Origin: Eledone cirrhosa
Lineage: Eukaryota
NCBI GenBank assembly: GCA_964016885.1
Contig: OZ024741.1
Location: forward strand, 85,932,001-85,996,000
Length of the DNA stretch: 64,000 bases
Reading direction: 5' to 3'
Below the pieces are notes generated by a model. That model ran no database searches and was not told where the DNA came from. It saw only the letters and a list, made by a program, of their open reading frames with translations. The translations under genes were made by a program, and so were the position numbers. Below, in pieces: positions 24,201 to 35,900 of this stretch (the first letter of the stretch is position 1; every line of letters starts with the position of its first letter).

Positions 24201-24371
24201 GTTCCTGATCCACGAACCCCTTCGTATTTGCCTGTTGAGCGAACGCCTATTCCTGAACCACCATCATCGCCTGTCCCTACACCACCACCATCGCCACGTT
24301 ACAAGACCACGACCCTTTCAGGTCGTAGGGTCCACTGGCACAAACAATTTTGCAGCACCGTCTATATTTAG
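21185..24371 (+). pseudogene. pol: Pol polyprotein (protease, RT, RNase H, integrase with GPY/F tail), probably inactive
   Basis: FLVDTGA; [14 protein letters not shown]; RNase H DAS/ELLA/TDH/ADALSR; IN H-H-C-C, HIDIVGP, TDRG, NGMVER. The RT motif FSKLGL lacks its Asp. A poly-C run at about 24047-24064 shifts the PYTGPY...DRLK...SGRRVHW tail, which stops at 24371. Confidence 0.92.
21197..21203 (+). promoter_or_regulatory. Candidate -1 ribosomal frameshift slippery heptamer G_GGA_AAA (gag to pol)
   Basis: It is X_XXY_YYZ in the correct gag phase (AAG GGA AAA), inside the gag/pol overlap; pol is in the -1 frame. Confidence 0.75.
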
Positions 24372-24596
24372 ACTATGTTAGCTGCACCTTTTTTTTGCCT
24401 CTGTGTTTCTGCTTTTTCTTTGCCTTGTTTTTTTATGCATGCATGTCGGTTTTTTTTTAACATTTTTCAAATCCTTATTCTGGATTCAATTTTTGCTAGA
24501 GCGGATAGCTCCCCCTTGTTGCATTGTTCGCCATCTTACTCCACATGTGAGTAATGACATCGATTTTCGATAATTTGAAAATCTGGCTCAAGGTAC

Positions 24597-24831
24597 TGTA
24601 GTAAGACGCCTCACGTTCCTTGATAGAACAACGCCGGTTGAGAACGCCAGAAAGAAAAGACAGACAGCCACTGAAAAGCCGACTGAACACACGCCAGAAA
24701 CCAGCCTCTGTACAACACCATTGTTTGTGCTACATCAAAAAATAAACGTATATTTCATCTCTAATTTCTGCTGTTGAAATAATTATTATGTCACTCGTAT
24801 CTCGATAACATCTATAACTAATACTGCTAAA
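24597..24831 (+). repeat. 3' LTR
   Basis: Identical to the 5' LTR except T24616 versus C19326. Confidence 0.95.
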
Positions 24832-25745
24832 AGGTGAAACTTGAAAAAGTTAATGAGAGCGTCGCTGAAGAGAAAGTGCCCATCTTCAACCCTTTCAGAC
24901 GCGTCCACTATATGACCTCTTTCACTATGGCCACCAGGCAGATAAAAACTGCTTGCCCTTCCTGGTTAAAGGAAGGTGACAGGACAATCTTCATGATGGA
25001 CTCAGCTGATAGCCGGATCCGTCTATCAACAGATGATCAACATAAACCCACAAGTCAGCGCATCTTGTACAAGCTCGGCTGACGGCACTTCCATGCCTGT
25101 AAAGTTTATTTCAATCTGGCAATGCTCCCTGGTAGCACTGTCAGGCCAGGGATTTATGGAAGTTATCCATTGGTCTTGGACTGAAAGTCCTCCGGAAGAG
25201 AATAGCTAGTTGGCTTTCTTCAATGCCCAGAGTTTTCGCAAGGATATTGTTACTCTTGCCCGCCTCTAACCCTCTATAGAATGCCAAGGTGGAGTTTCCA
25301 CCGATCGCAATGCACGATTGGCAAAGGATAATGAGCGCTTGAAAACATTCCAGTTTCCAAGGGCTTCCTCTCAGTCTCCGCTTGACCCAGGCAGCAGTTC
25401 TGTCAAGGAAACAAGCTGGGGAAAATGTGCTTAGCAAAAGGTGACCACACCCGTTCACCATCGACGAAAATCTGGAGTGTCATAGCCTCAGCGCATGTCT
25501 GTGCATCATCAGCCACAACCTGCCCAGTCCTTCACATAGCAGGTGTTGACAGCAGATGAACCGCCTGACCATTGGAGTGCATTGCTTCCACGAAAAGTGA
25601 AAGAGCAAACACTCCAGTGCAGACAAGGCTTAGGACAAGGCAAGATGGTCAGGCAATAGTAGATAACGGATGCAATGTATGCATTCGCCACCTCCACACG
25701 ACCTTTCAGGATAGCTTTCTCTTGGCCCATTTCTGGGTGAGAGAG
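24832..25745 (-). mobile_element. L1/Tx1-like LINE ORF2 C-terminal fragment (right part)
   Basis: LKGRVEVANAYIASVIYYCLTILPCP... Removing the Gypsy element and one AGGT gives the continuous frame ALINFFKFH/LKKKIRVERE with the left part. Confidence 0.7.
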
Positions 25746-26412
25746 GCCATAAATATATGCCACAAAGCATGTTGTCCGACGCTCTGCCAATACTGCCAAT
25801 CCACCACCTTTATAACATAATAATAAAAATAACACTGCACATACCCAACTTGCACAGGGCTGTGCTCATTAACACAGTAACAGTACACAATAAGAATAAG
25901 ATATAATTATATAAAACATGAAAAAAAATATTAGGATACCCACCACATTGGTGGGAAGCCACAAGTTAAGTCAAGTCTGATTACTCCACATTTCCATTCA
26001 CCAGAAACAACCCCCATGAAAGTAACAAAAAAGCACTACCTATGATTTCAAAAAAATGTTAATAATCAAGAATTTGGAGGTATTTAGTCAAATAATTAAA
26101 ATTGACATTATTTAGTTGGTGTTGGAATGTAAATTAATGGTTCTTACATAAAATTATGACTGAAGGTTTTAGATAAATACTAGACCACCCATGACCTGTT
26201 GGGTCAGGTTCACTTCAAAATATTTTTTTTAAATCATGTTCACTTAAAAAATACACAGACATGTATATAATGTGAAATGAAACTGGAAGGCCCATATATA
26301 TGTGTGTGTGTAGGTATGTATATATATATAAATGTGTTTGTATACATATATATATATAGGTATGTGTGTGTGTATCTATATATGTGGGTGTCTGTGATCT
26401 ATATATACTGGT

Positions 26413-26500
<88 letters not shown>

Positions 26501-26506
<6 letters not shown>

Positions 26507-27236
26507 AACGTATGTTATAACTCTGAGACCTATCTTATCGAGTGCTTTGCTAACTCATCATTTCATATAAGTAGGCCGAATTTACTTGCAAACCGCCAGA
26601 GATTCGATTTTACTGATTTCCAATTATATTAATCTCCTAGATTTAATAATTAACCAATTAATTGGAAAATTCTGTTGATTGGTTAATTATTTGTGTTAGT
26701 TTTATAACATCCAGTCGAGAGCTTATCATGATGATTAGCGGAAATTAAAATATTTCCATTCACTAGCATTTGAATTGACCCGCCAAAAACTGGAGGTTAT
26801 TTCCCTTGCCGGAATTAACACGTGATAACTATAGATCCGATTAGCAGCCATACGAGCGGCAACACATTTTATCACTCCTGGTTCTAAGCAGAACGAAAAC
26901 CTGTTGATAAACTGAGTCCTCTGTTCAGTCACCAATACCACGAACTTGTCATTCAAGTAAGTCTGATATTTGATTTCGGATTCAGAGAAACACTTTAAAC
27001 GTATGCCCGCGTGATTTGTCCAGGTGTATTTTTCTCAACCTGATTAGTTCTATCGTTCCTTTGGTATATACATTGTGTGTTAGTTTCGCCTACCACAATG
27101 TTCGATTTGTCAAGCTATTTAAACGTATGTTATAACTCTGAGACCTATCTTAACGAGTGCTTTGCTAACTCATCATTTCATATAAGTAGGCCGAATTTAC
27201 TTGCAAACCGCCAGAGATTCGATTTTACTGATTTCC

Positions 27237-27244
<8 letters not shown>
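26501..27244. repeat. Element with about 129-bp terminal direct repeats (26501-26629, 27116-27244) embedded in (TA)n
   Basis: TATTTAAACGTATGTTATAACTCTGAGACC...GATTTCCAATTATAT occurs twice, 615 bp apart, with 1 mismatch, and (TA)n lies on both outer sides. Confidence 0.9.
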
Positions 27245-27277
<33 letters not shown>

Positions 27278-27364
27278 AACATACATATACACAACACTAC
27301 CAGCAGTCTCTTCCATACTCTTTCTCTGTCTCCTCTTCCTCTCTCTATGTCTCTCTTTCTCTCT

Positions 27365-27558
27365 CCCTCTCTGTTTATGAAAAACCACATATCTCGGGAA
27401 CCTGTGGTCCGATTTATGCGAAACTTGTTTTATTCCATTTGTATTCCTATTTCAGGGGCAACTTCCTTTCAAAGTATTTTCCCATTATGTGCCTTTTTGG
27501 TTGTATTACATTACAGACAAGCAAGCAAGCAAACACAGAATGTTAGTAATATATAGAT
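27365..27558 (-). mobile_element. Short Helitron/Helentron-like non-autonomous remnant
   Basis: The minus strand begins ATCTATATATTACTAAC followed by a (TGCT)n tetramer repeat, which is typical of Helitron-derived 5' ends. Confidence 0.4.
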
Positions 27559-28424
27559 AAACACTTTTGTTACCATATTTCTAATTAAAGACACTGCATA
27601 TGATTTTCAAAAGATTTTGCAAATAATCAAGAATTTGAAAAGATTTAGTTATATAACTAACCCTGTCGTTATTAAGTTGATATTAAGAACATTTTATCTG
27701 ACAATTCATGTTGTAGTCTTTTATTAATTTCAGTCATTAAACTGTGGCCATGCTGGGGCACAACCCTGAAAGGATTTAATTAGCCATATTAACCTCAGTA
27801 CATATTTTTTCAAGTCTATTACTTACTTTATCATTATGGAACATAAACAAACCATAAACATAAATACAAAGACATGGATGGACACACACATATATATATA
27901 TATCATCATCATCATTTAATGTCCATTTGCCACACTAACATGGGTTAGACGGGTTGTCCCCTTAGAGGTAAGTTCGATCAGGTGACACTGTCTTGCTCAT
28001 ACAGAACTGTTTCTGACTAGATTTCTATGCTGGATGCCCTTCCTAACACCAACTACATTTACAGTGTGTATATGCTTTTTGCATATATAATGGGCCTCCA
28101 AACAGTTTCCCCCTCTACCAAATTTTACTCACAAAACATTGGACAACCCAAAATGTCACAGTGGAAGTAAAGCTGAAATCAACAAGACTGCAAAGCAAAC
28201 TCCTTAACAACACAGCCATTCCACCACCTATATGTAGAACCAACAAACAAGAATGGCCAATAACAACAATAACAACATTATTTTTGTATTTTACAAAACA
28301 TGCAGTAAAAATTCAAGAGGAATGAAATTTATTTTGTTTCAATTGTTTAAACATTGTTTTCAATTTGTTTTGTTTTCAATGTTTATTTTGTAATACACTT
28401 GTTTTCAATTTTTGGTTTATTCAC

Positions 28425-28885
28425 CTATGTTGTTGTTAGAGGTGGTGGTAGTAGTGTTATTGATGGTGGTAGTGGTGTTGGTGGTATTATTGATGGTGAT
28501 GGGTATAGGTATTGTTGGTGATGGTGGTGGTGGTGGTGGTGGCTATGGCAATGGTGTTGTTATTGTTGTTGGTGGTGATGGCAGTGTTACTGATGGTGAT
28601 GGTAGTAATGGTGGTAGTGTTGTTGGTGGTGGCAATGGTAGTGATGATGATAGTGTTGTTGATGGTGGTGGTGGTGGTTACAGTGATGCTGTTGTTGTTA
28701 GTGGTGGTGGTTGTGGTTATATTGATGTTGGTGGTGTTGTTTTTTGGTAGTGGTAGTGATGATGATGATATTGATTATTGTAGTGGTGTTCATGGTGATG
28801 GTGGCAGCGATGGTGATGTTATTACATACACATATATTCATACACACATACATACATACAAACGTGGTGGTGGTGGTGGTGGTGA
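28425..28885. repeat. Degenerate (GGT/GTT/GAT)n trinucleotide low-complexity tract
   Basis: Directly visible; it yields spurious poly-V/G ORFs. Confidence 0.9.
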
Positions 28886-29267
28886 TATTATTGCATAGAC
28901 ATATAGTCATACATACATATACACACACATACCTACACATCTGCATATATGTAATGGAATGGAACTCCATAGAGGGTTCGAGTTATTCGATCAACAGAAC
29001 AACCTGCTTGTGAAATTGACATGCAAGAAGCTGAACATTCCCCAAAGATATGTACCCATAACTTAATTCTCAGGGAGATACAGTGAGTAACAAAACTAGC
29101 CCTTTGAACTATAAGTAAAACTAATTTTTGCCAGCTGATTGAATTAGAGTAACATGAAATAAAGTGTATTGCTCAAAGACACACCACACCACTGGCAATT
29201 GAACTCATATACATACATACACACACACGTATGTATGCATATGCACACACACACGTGTGTGTATATA

Positions 29268-29350
<83 letters not shown>

Positions 29351-29660
29351 GAATGTTTACATACACACACATATATAATGCCATTTGTTAAACTATGCAA
29401 ACGCCCAAGCCTTTTCTGTAGAACTACTCCTATATTGATCTCGATTGATTTATAGATTTGGGGAGTTTAAAGTGACATGGTAAGGCAACAGAATAAGAAG
29501 TAACCTTTCATATAATACTACTACTACTACTAGTAGTAGTAGTAGCAGCAGCAACAGTCTGTCTACCCTAACATATCTCACCCTCTCACATGCACATATC
29601 TGTACATAAACACATACACACAAGTACACATATGTGTGTGTGTGTGTTTATGTATATAAA

Positions 29661-31769
29661 TCTATATATATATATAAAACTGAGGTTGTCTGTCTGTCTG
29701 TCTACTAAAACGGTCGGCACACATCTCCTCTTAAACCGTACGTTCAAATTTCGGTGAAATTGCTACACTTATAGATGAAGGTCCGGCGGAGACATCGGTC
29801 ATAAACTTTTTCAAATCGTCCCACGCCAAGTGCAAAAATCGAATTTGTAATGTATTGATTTTTCAGTTCAAATGTATAAATAAAGATAAGAGACGAGTTA
29901 TTTCCCTTTTATGGCGTTATTTCTTTATCTATTTACGTTACGAACAAACTACGCGTACAAAAATACGTGAACAATTTTCGGGCCAGCAAAATTTTAACCT
30001 GCAAAATTCATGAGTTCGAAGTTTCAACATTAAGCTTCCATTTTGCTTCATTTCCATTAAAAAGTCTTTTAAAACAATATTTCAGCGCATCAGCCTCGCC
30101 ATCATCCGAAGCAATCACCGAGGTTGCCCAGTACTCGCGACGTTACTGACTTTTGCTCTGGTGTTGGCTCCGTTGTTCACCCCTTCCTTTGCATTTTCTT
30201 TAATATTGTAGTTTGTGTATATATTTAAAATATATTGTAGTTTGTGTATATATTTAAAATATATTGTAGTTTGTGTATATATTTAAATTTGCTATGTTAT
30301 TCTACTGTAAATTTATTTATATGCTCTGTTTATACCCTCAAGAATCTATGAAACTACATACATGTTGCAACTCTCTCTCTATATATATATATCACACACA
30401 CACACACATATACATATACATCTAAAGAGAGAAAGGGAGATGTAGAGAGAGAGAGTGAGATAGGTCGTTATACAGAGAGAGGTACAAGATAATCAGATAG
30501 AGAGACAGAGAGAGAATGGTGACGAACGCTGGTTCACACAAACACATATATATATAAAGACAGAGAGAAAGAGAGAGAGAGAGAGATCTGCGCGTTCTTT
30601 ATTGTTCTCCATTCTGTAGGAGGAAGAGAGAGAGGAGGTATGAGTGAGAGAGAGAGGGGGTACGAGTGAGAGAGAGAGAGAGAGGGCATGAGAAAAAAGG
30701 CAGAGGGGTTGAGAAAAAAAGAAAGTTTAAGCAAAGAATCACTGCTTTCAACATTAACGGGATCTTCTGAAACTAATAAATTCAATCTGTGAACGCAGAA
30801 TTAAATATTTCGGGAAACGTTGCAACCGAAGAAAATCAGGAAGACGATATTTTGGTTCGTGAAGACGTTCCCTGGTAATGAACGGAAAAAAAGCGAGGAT
30901 AATACGTCGTTTTGTGGACTGAGAAGAACAATTTCAAGAAAAGACAAGACCAAGTTTATGGTGTAAATGGAGTCGTTAAACTAATATTCTATTTAAAATA
31001 ACCGAATGATTTCCAGCCCCGGAGTTTAAGAATGATGTAAATAAAATTGTAAACGAAAATGACAGAGGTTATTAAAATAGTTGTTTCTACTTTTGGCACA
31101 AGGCCAGAAATTAACCAGTACATTACTGGTACTTTATTTTATCGACCCCGTAAGGATGAAAGGCAAAGTTAACCTTGACGGGATTTTAACTTTGCCTTAA
31201 AATAGTAAAAGTAAATAGTGAAGATTTAGGCCAGTACATACGTATGCGCCGACGGACATACACATACATATACATACGCACACACAAACACATACGCACA
31301 CACAAATACACACGCACGCACACAAATACACACGCACACACGCGCGCGTGTGTGTAAACCTTATGCATTTCTACAGTATTTTCACCAAACTTAAGACATA
31401 GGTTACTTATGTACTCCGGATGGTCATGGGCACTTTCATTTTTCCAGATATTGATTATAGGTCCTCCTGGCAGATAACCCTCTTTAACCACTTCCTTGGA
31501 GTCGACTGAAGCACTGCAGTGCAATGCAACAAAACGTCATAACTTCTGGAGTTCGCAAACGATTTTCACAAAACTTGACACATGGGCTACGTTTGTTCTA
31601 CAGATGAATGTGAACTCTCAGAATTGGCACATATTGAGTAGGGGACGCCCTGGGGGCAGGAACCCCCTTTCGGAAAAAGCCGATGATTTTGTAAAAGTAT
31701 AGTTTTCCAAGCAGCACTGAAGTATTGACATAAATGGTATACATAACTGGTATTTAATACCTCTGCTAG
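29661..31769 (+). mobile_element. Non-autonomous Helitron-like element (about 2.1 kb with nested SINE and microsatellites)
   Basis: 5' end A|TCTATATATATATATAAAACTGAGGTT(GTCT)n; 3' hairpin GGTATT-T-AATACC then CTAG|T; no TSD. Pairing these two ends as one element is inference. Confidence 0.55.
30203..30288. repeat. 29-bp tandem repeat, about 3 copies
   Basis: ATATTGTAGTTTGTGTATATATTTAAAAT x3. Confidence 0.85.
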
Positions 31770-32394
31770 TATATATATAAATATATATGTATCTTCTTTT
31801 TCTCAGCTCAGGAGATATTTAGCCAATTTTCTCAACTATTATTTATAGTTATTAACTACTGGCAGTATTGGTAAAGGGTCGGCCACCATGCTTTGCAGTA
31901 TAGAGTTACAGCCTGTTGTGGTCTGAGTTCAAAACCCGCTGAGGTTAACTTTGCCTTTCATCCTTATGGGGTCAATAAAATGAAGTACCAGTAATGCACT
32001 GGGATAATTGCTGGCCTTGTGCTAAAAATAGAAACAATTATTACAGCCAATTTTTGCTTTGGGATGCTATACACACACACGCGCGTGCACATACATCAAA
32101 CTATTTAAATGAATACATAGATTCAGAAAACTACACCAATACAACAGCCAATTAGAACAGACATCTTACAAATCAAATAAATTACTAACAAAACAATGGT
32201 TTCTTTCATTCTTCTTTAAAAATCAATATATGAAGGAGGAATAATAAATATGACTACCATCTTTAGCAAGCCAAGTGACCATATAGAGGATCTTGAGTTT
32301 ACACATTAGTTTTATTGAGTTTACATCTGCTAGATGTTATTCTACATCTAAAAATTGTGTAGATTACATTCTATAATAGCTGTACATTTTAAGG

Positions 32395-32605
32395 TTAACC
32401 CTTTCATTACCATATTTCTAAGCCTTTTGAAATTACTAAAAAAATTGGAGGGATTTAGTAATGTAACTAATTTTCTTATCATTAAACTGATGTTTAGAAC
32501 ATAACATGTTTTTACATAGAATTATAATAGGTTTTAAATAAATATAAATAGTTTTGTATCATAAATCCAGGAGCAGTTTCAGGTGGTTTGGTATCAAAAG
32601 GTATT
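32395..32605. mobile_element. piggyBac-like MITE (TTAACCCTTT...AAAGG); relatives at about 26050-26180, 27565-27700, 34545-35240 and 36040-36108
   Basis: It starts TTAACCCTTTCATTACC and ends GGTTTGGTATCAAAAGG; the 36108 copy ends GGTACCAAAAGGGTTAA. Confidence 0.55.
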
Positions 32606-32838
32606 TTGTAACACTCTATTGTTCTTGATTTACAAAGAAATACCTCGAAATATTGAGCTAGTCCTGACACCACAACTTCATTCCCTGTTGATATTGCTCG
32701 AGTTAGTGGATTGGCAAAATTGGTAGAATATAGGATAAAATGCCATTGCAATATTTGTTCCAGTTCTTTACATTAAGAGTTCAAATCTTGTCGGAGTCAA
32801 TAAAATAAAGCACCAGTGAAGTACTGGGGTTGATTTAA

Positions 32839-33059
32839 CCCTTTAGCATTCACATTACTCTATATTTACTATTGTATTTTCACAGTAAAGACTTTATCTC
32901 ACATAATTACTTCACATAATATTAAATATATGAGATTTTGATGTTATTTATTTTGAGAACAATACCTTAACATCAGTATGAGGGGCTGGTTACAGCTGGT
33001 TTGAACAGAAAGAGGTGAGGGAATTCTGGCCGGGTATGACCAGTTTAAATGCTGAAGGG
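32839..33059. mobile_element. piggyBac-type MITE with TTAA TSD, inserted in a SINE
   Basis: TTAA|CCCTTTAGCATT ... AATGCTGAAGGG|TTAA (11/12 TIR match). Excision restores the SINE-A sequence GGGGTTGATTTAATCAACTT. Confidence 0.8.
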
Positions 33060-33136
33060 TTAATCAACTTTTTGCTCTTCCCTCAAATTTGCTGGCCTTG
33101 TGACACAAGTTGTGTGTAATTTAGAAATCAATTTTA

Positions 33137-34450
33137 AGTTAGTCCCGATAACAGAGAGGCTCCAGTGCCTGTTGATACTGGCTGACAATCATGAATTAGT
33201 CCTGATAACAGAGAGGCTCCAGTCCCTGTTGATACTGGCTGACAATCATGAATTAGTCCTGATAACAGAGAGGCTCCAGTCTCTGTTGATACTGGCTGAC
33301 AATCATGAGTTAGTCCTGATAACAGAGAGGCTCCAGTCCCTGTTGATACTGGCTGACAATCATGAGTTAGTCCTGATAACAGAGAGGCTCCAGTCCCTGT
33401 TGATACTGGCTGACAATCATGAATTAGTCCTGATAACAGAGAGGCTCCAGTCTCTGTTGATACTGGCTGACAATCATGAGTTAGTCCTGATAACAGAGAG
33501 GCTCCAGTCCCTGTTGATACTGGCTGACAATCATGAGTTAGTCCCGATAACAGAGAGGCTCCAGTCCCTGTTGATACTGGCTGACAATCATGAGTTAGTC
33601 CCGATAACAGAGAGGCTCCAGTCCCTGTTGATACTGGCTGACAATCATGAATTAGTCCTGATAACAGAGAGGCTCCAGTCTCTGTTGATACTGGCTGACA
33701 ATCATGAATTAGTCCTGATAACAGAGAGGCTCCAGTGCCTGTTGATACTGGCTGACAATCATGAATTAGTCCCGATAACAGAGAGGCTCCAGTCCCTGTT
33801 GATACTGGCTGACAATCATGAATTAGTCCTGATAACAGAGAGGCTCCAGTCTCTGTTGATACTGGCTGACAATCATGAATTAGTCCTGATAACAGAGAGG
33901 CTCCAGTCCCTGTTGATACTGGCTGACAATCATGAATTAGTCCTGATAACAGAGAGGCTCCAGTCCCTGTTGATACTGGCTGACAATCATGAGTTAGTCC
34001 TGATAACAGAGAGGCTCCAGTGCCTGTTGATACTGGCTGACAATCATGAGTTAGTCCTGATAACAGAGAGGCTCCAGTCCCTGTTGATACTGGCTGACAA
34101 TCATGAGTTAGTCCTGATAACAGAGAGGCTCCAGTCCCTGTTGATACTGGCTGACAATCATGAGTTAGTCCTGATAACAGAGAGGCTCCAGTCCCTGTTG
34201 ATACTGGCTGACAATCATGAGTTAGTCCTGATAACAGAGAGGCTCCAGTCCCTGTTGATACTGGCTGACAATCATGAGTTAGTCCTGATAACAGAGAGGC
34301 TCCAGTCCCTGTTGATACTGGCTGACAATCATGAGTTAGTCCTGATAACAGAGAGGCTCCAGTCCCTGTTGATACTGGCTGACAATCATGAGTTAGTCCC
34401 GATAACAGAGGCTCCAGTCCCTGTTGATACTGGCTAACAATCATGAGTTA
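33137..34450. repeat. 57-bp minisatellite, about 23 near-identical copies
   Basis: Unit GAGTTAGTCCTGATAACAGAGAGGCTCCAGTCCCTGTTGATACTGGCTGACAATCAT, seen as a 19-aa periodicity in the ORF track. Confidence 0.97.
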
Positions 34451-35329
34451 TCCTGACACCATGTTATTTATATGCAATATTCTTCTTCTCAAGGATGTTA
34501 TTAAACTATTTGTTAAATATTTCTTATGAATGACACTTCCTATAATTTTGAAATAATAAAAAAATTTGGTTGGATTTAGTAAAATAACTAAATTTCTCAA
34601 AGAGGGTTTTGGGAACATGTGGGGAGGCCAGCATGTGGGACCCCATTTGCTCACCATACGGAGAGATAGGGAGGGCGAGAGAAATGGAGGCGATGACAGT
34701 GGGAGTTTGGCTCTTCCACGTTCGGACCATATCTTTGTAGTTGTGTTCATCTCTCTGTACTTAATGAAGGAAATGCCATGCTAATTACAAATATCTTAAT
34801 GTTATTTATGCTGGACTTTTTTCTGGGTGTTTGAAAATTTTTCCTATTATGCAAAATATAATTTTCAAGTTTTGAAATATATATTTAGTTAAATATGTGA
34901 AATTAATTTATATTAACTCAATCAACTAACTTAAAGGTTTTTTAATAGAATTATGATGGAAATATTTTAGATAAATATAAAGACTTTAAAACAGTTTTGT
35001 ATTGTAGAAATAGGGGTAATTTTAGGTGGTTTGATATATCCTATGATTTTCAAATAAATCTTAAAATAATCAAGTATTTGGAAGAATTTAGCAAAATAAC
35101 TTTCTCATTATTAAGCTGGTGTTTAACAAATGTTCTTATATATAATTACGAAGGATTTTAGATAAATATGAACACTTTATAACAAAGTCTTGTATCATAG
35201 AACGAGGGGCAGTTTTCAGATGGTTTGGTATCAAAAGAATTCTCAGTTTCACTAGCCATCAGAATTAATTATCTGAACTGATATCTCTTATAAACCAGTC
35301 TCCTATAGATAATAGTGAAAATTATTGTG

Positions 35330-35900
35330 TACAGTGCTCAGATACACTACAACTCATCAAAGGTACATGTGTAGTACATAGAAAAATGTACAAAAGTCAG
35401 GAAAGTAAACAGTATATGGCAAATTTCGGGAAGCATGAAAGTTTTGAAGGATGCAGTGTCCTGACAGCTAACAACTGATGCAGGTAGTTTTTCTATGCTT
35501 CAGCAACTCTAAGCATGAAAAATTGTTTCTGAACGTCATGGGAGCTGTACCTTTTTCTGATTTTGTAAGCATGTCCACAGGTGTTAGACATATGGAATTC
35601 AAAAACGTGCCCAGGGTTGTTGTTGAAAAGATAGTTAATAATCTTGTGGGTGTCTACCAAGTCAGTTGCCAGATGTCAGAACTTTAATGTATTCATGACC
35701 AGAGAAGCAAGGCGTTCAGAGTATGGTAGATGCCTGAAGGAGGGTATTCGTTTGCTTGCATGTCTCTAAACAGTTTCCAGGAGATCAATATTCTGAGCAA
35801 AATAGGGGTTCCAGACTGGTGATGTAAATTCAAAGTGTGAGCACATCATAGCTGTATACAGCTTTAAATAGATAGCTGGTAAGCGGCTAACAGAGTGTTT
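35330..35900 (-). mobile_element. CR1/L2-type LINE 3' fragment
   Basis: Minus strand KLYTAMMCSHFEFTSPVWNPYFAQNIDLLETV*RHASKRIPSFRHLPYSERL (cf. LEYASPVWNP...VQRRATK.IP...YxERL). Confidence 0.75.

Larger units (their letters stand above)
19307..24831 (+). mobile_element. Full-length Ty3/Gypsy LTR retrotransposon, CsRn1/Kabuki/Boudicca clade, very recent
   Basis: Two 235-bp LTRs with 1 mismatch, a 4-bp TSD AGGT (19303-19306 / 24832-24835), a tRNA-Trp-type PBS, a CHCC Gag knuckle and PR-RT-RH-IN domain order. Confidence 0.97.

Noticed and set aside
24184-24596. env-like third ORF in the Gypsy element
   Set aside because: Only about 225 bp of T-rich sequence lies between the pol end and the 3' LTR; the short ORF there is an alternative frame of the integrase tail.
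28412-29013. Gly/Val-rich or hydrophobic ORFs
   Set aside because: They come from a trinucleotide low-complexity tract with no splice or domain support.
29518-29545. (CTA)n(TAG)n palindrome
   Set aside because: It is a short microsatellite inversion, common and uninformative.
33137-34450. CRISPR array
   Set aside because: The units are contiguous with no unique spacers, there are no cas genes, and the context is eukaryotic.
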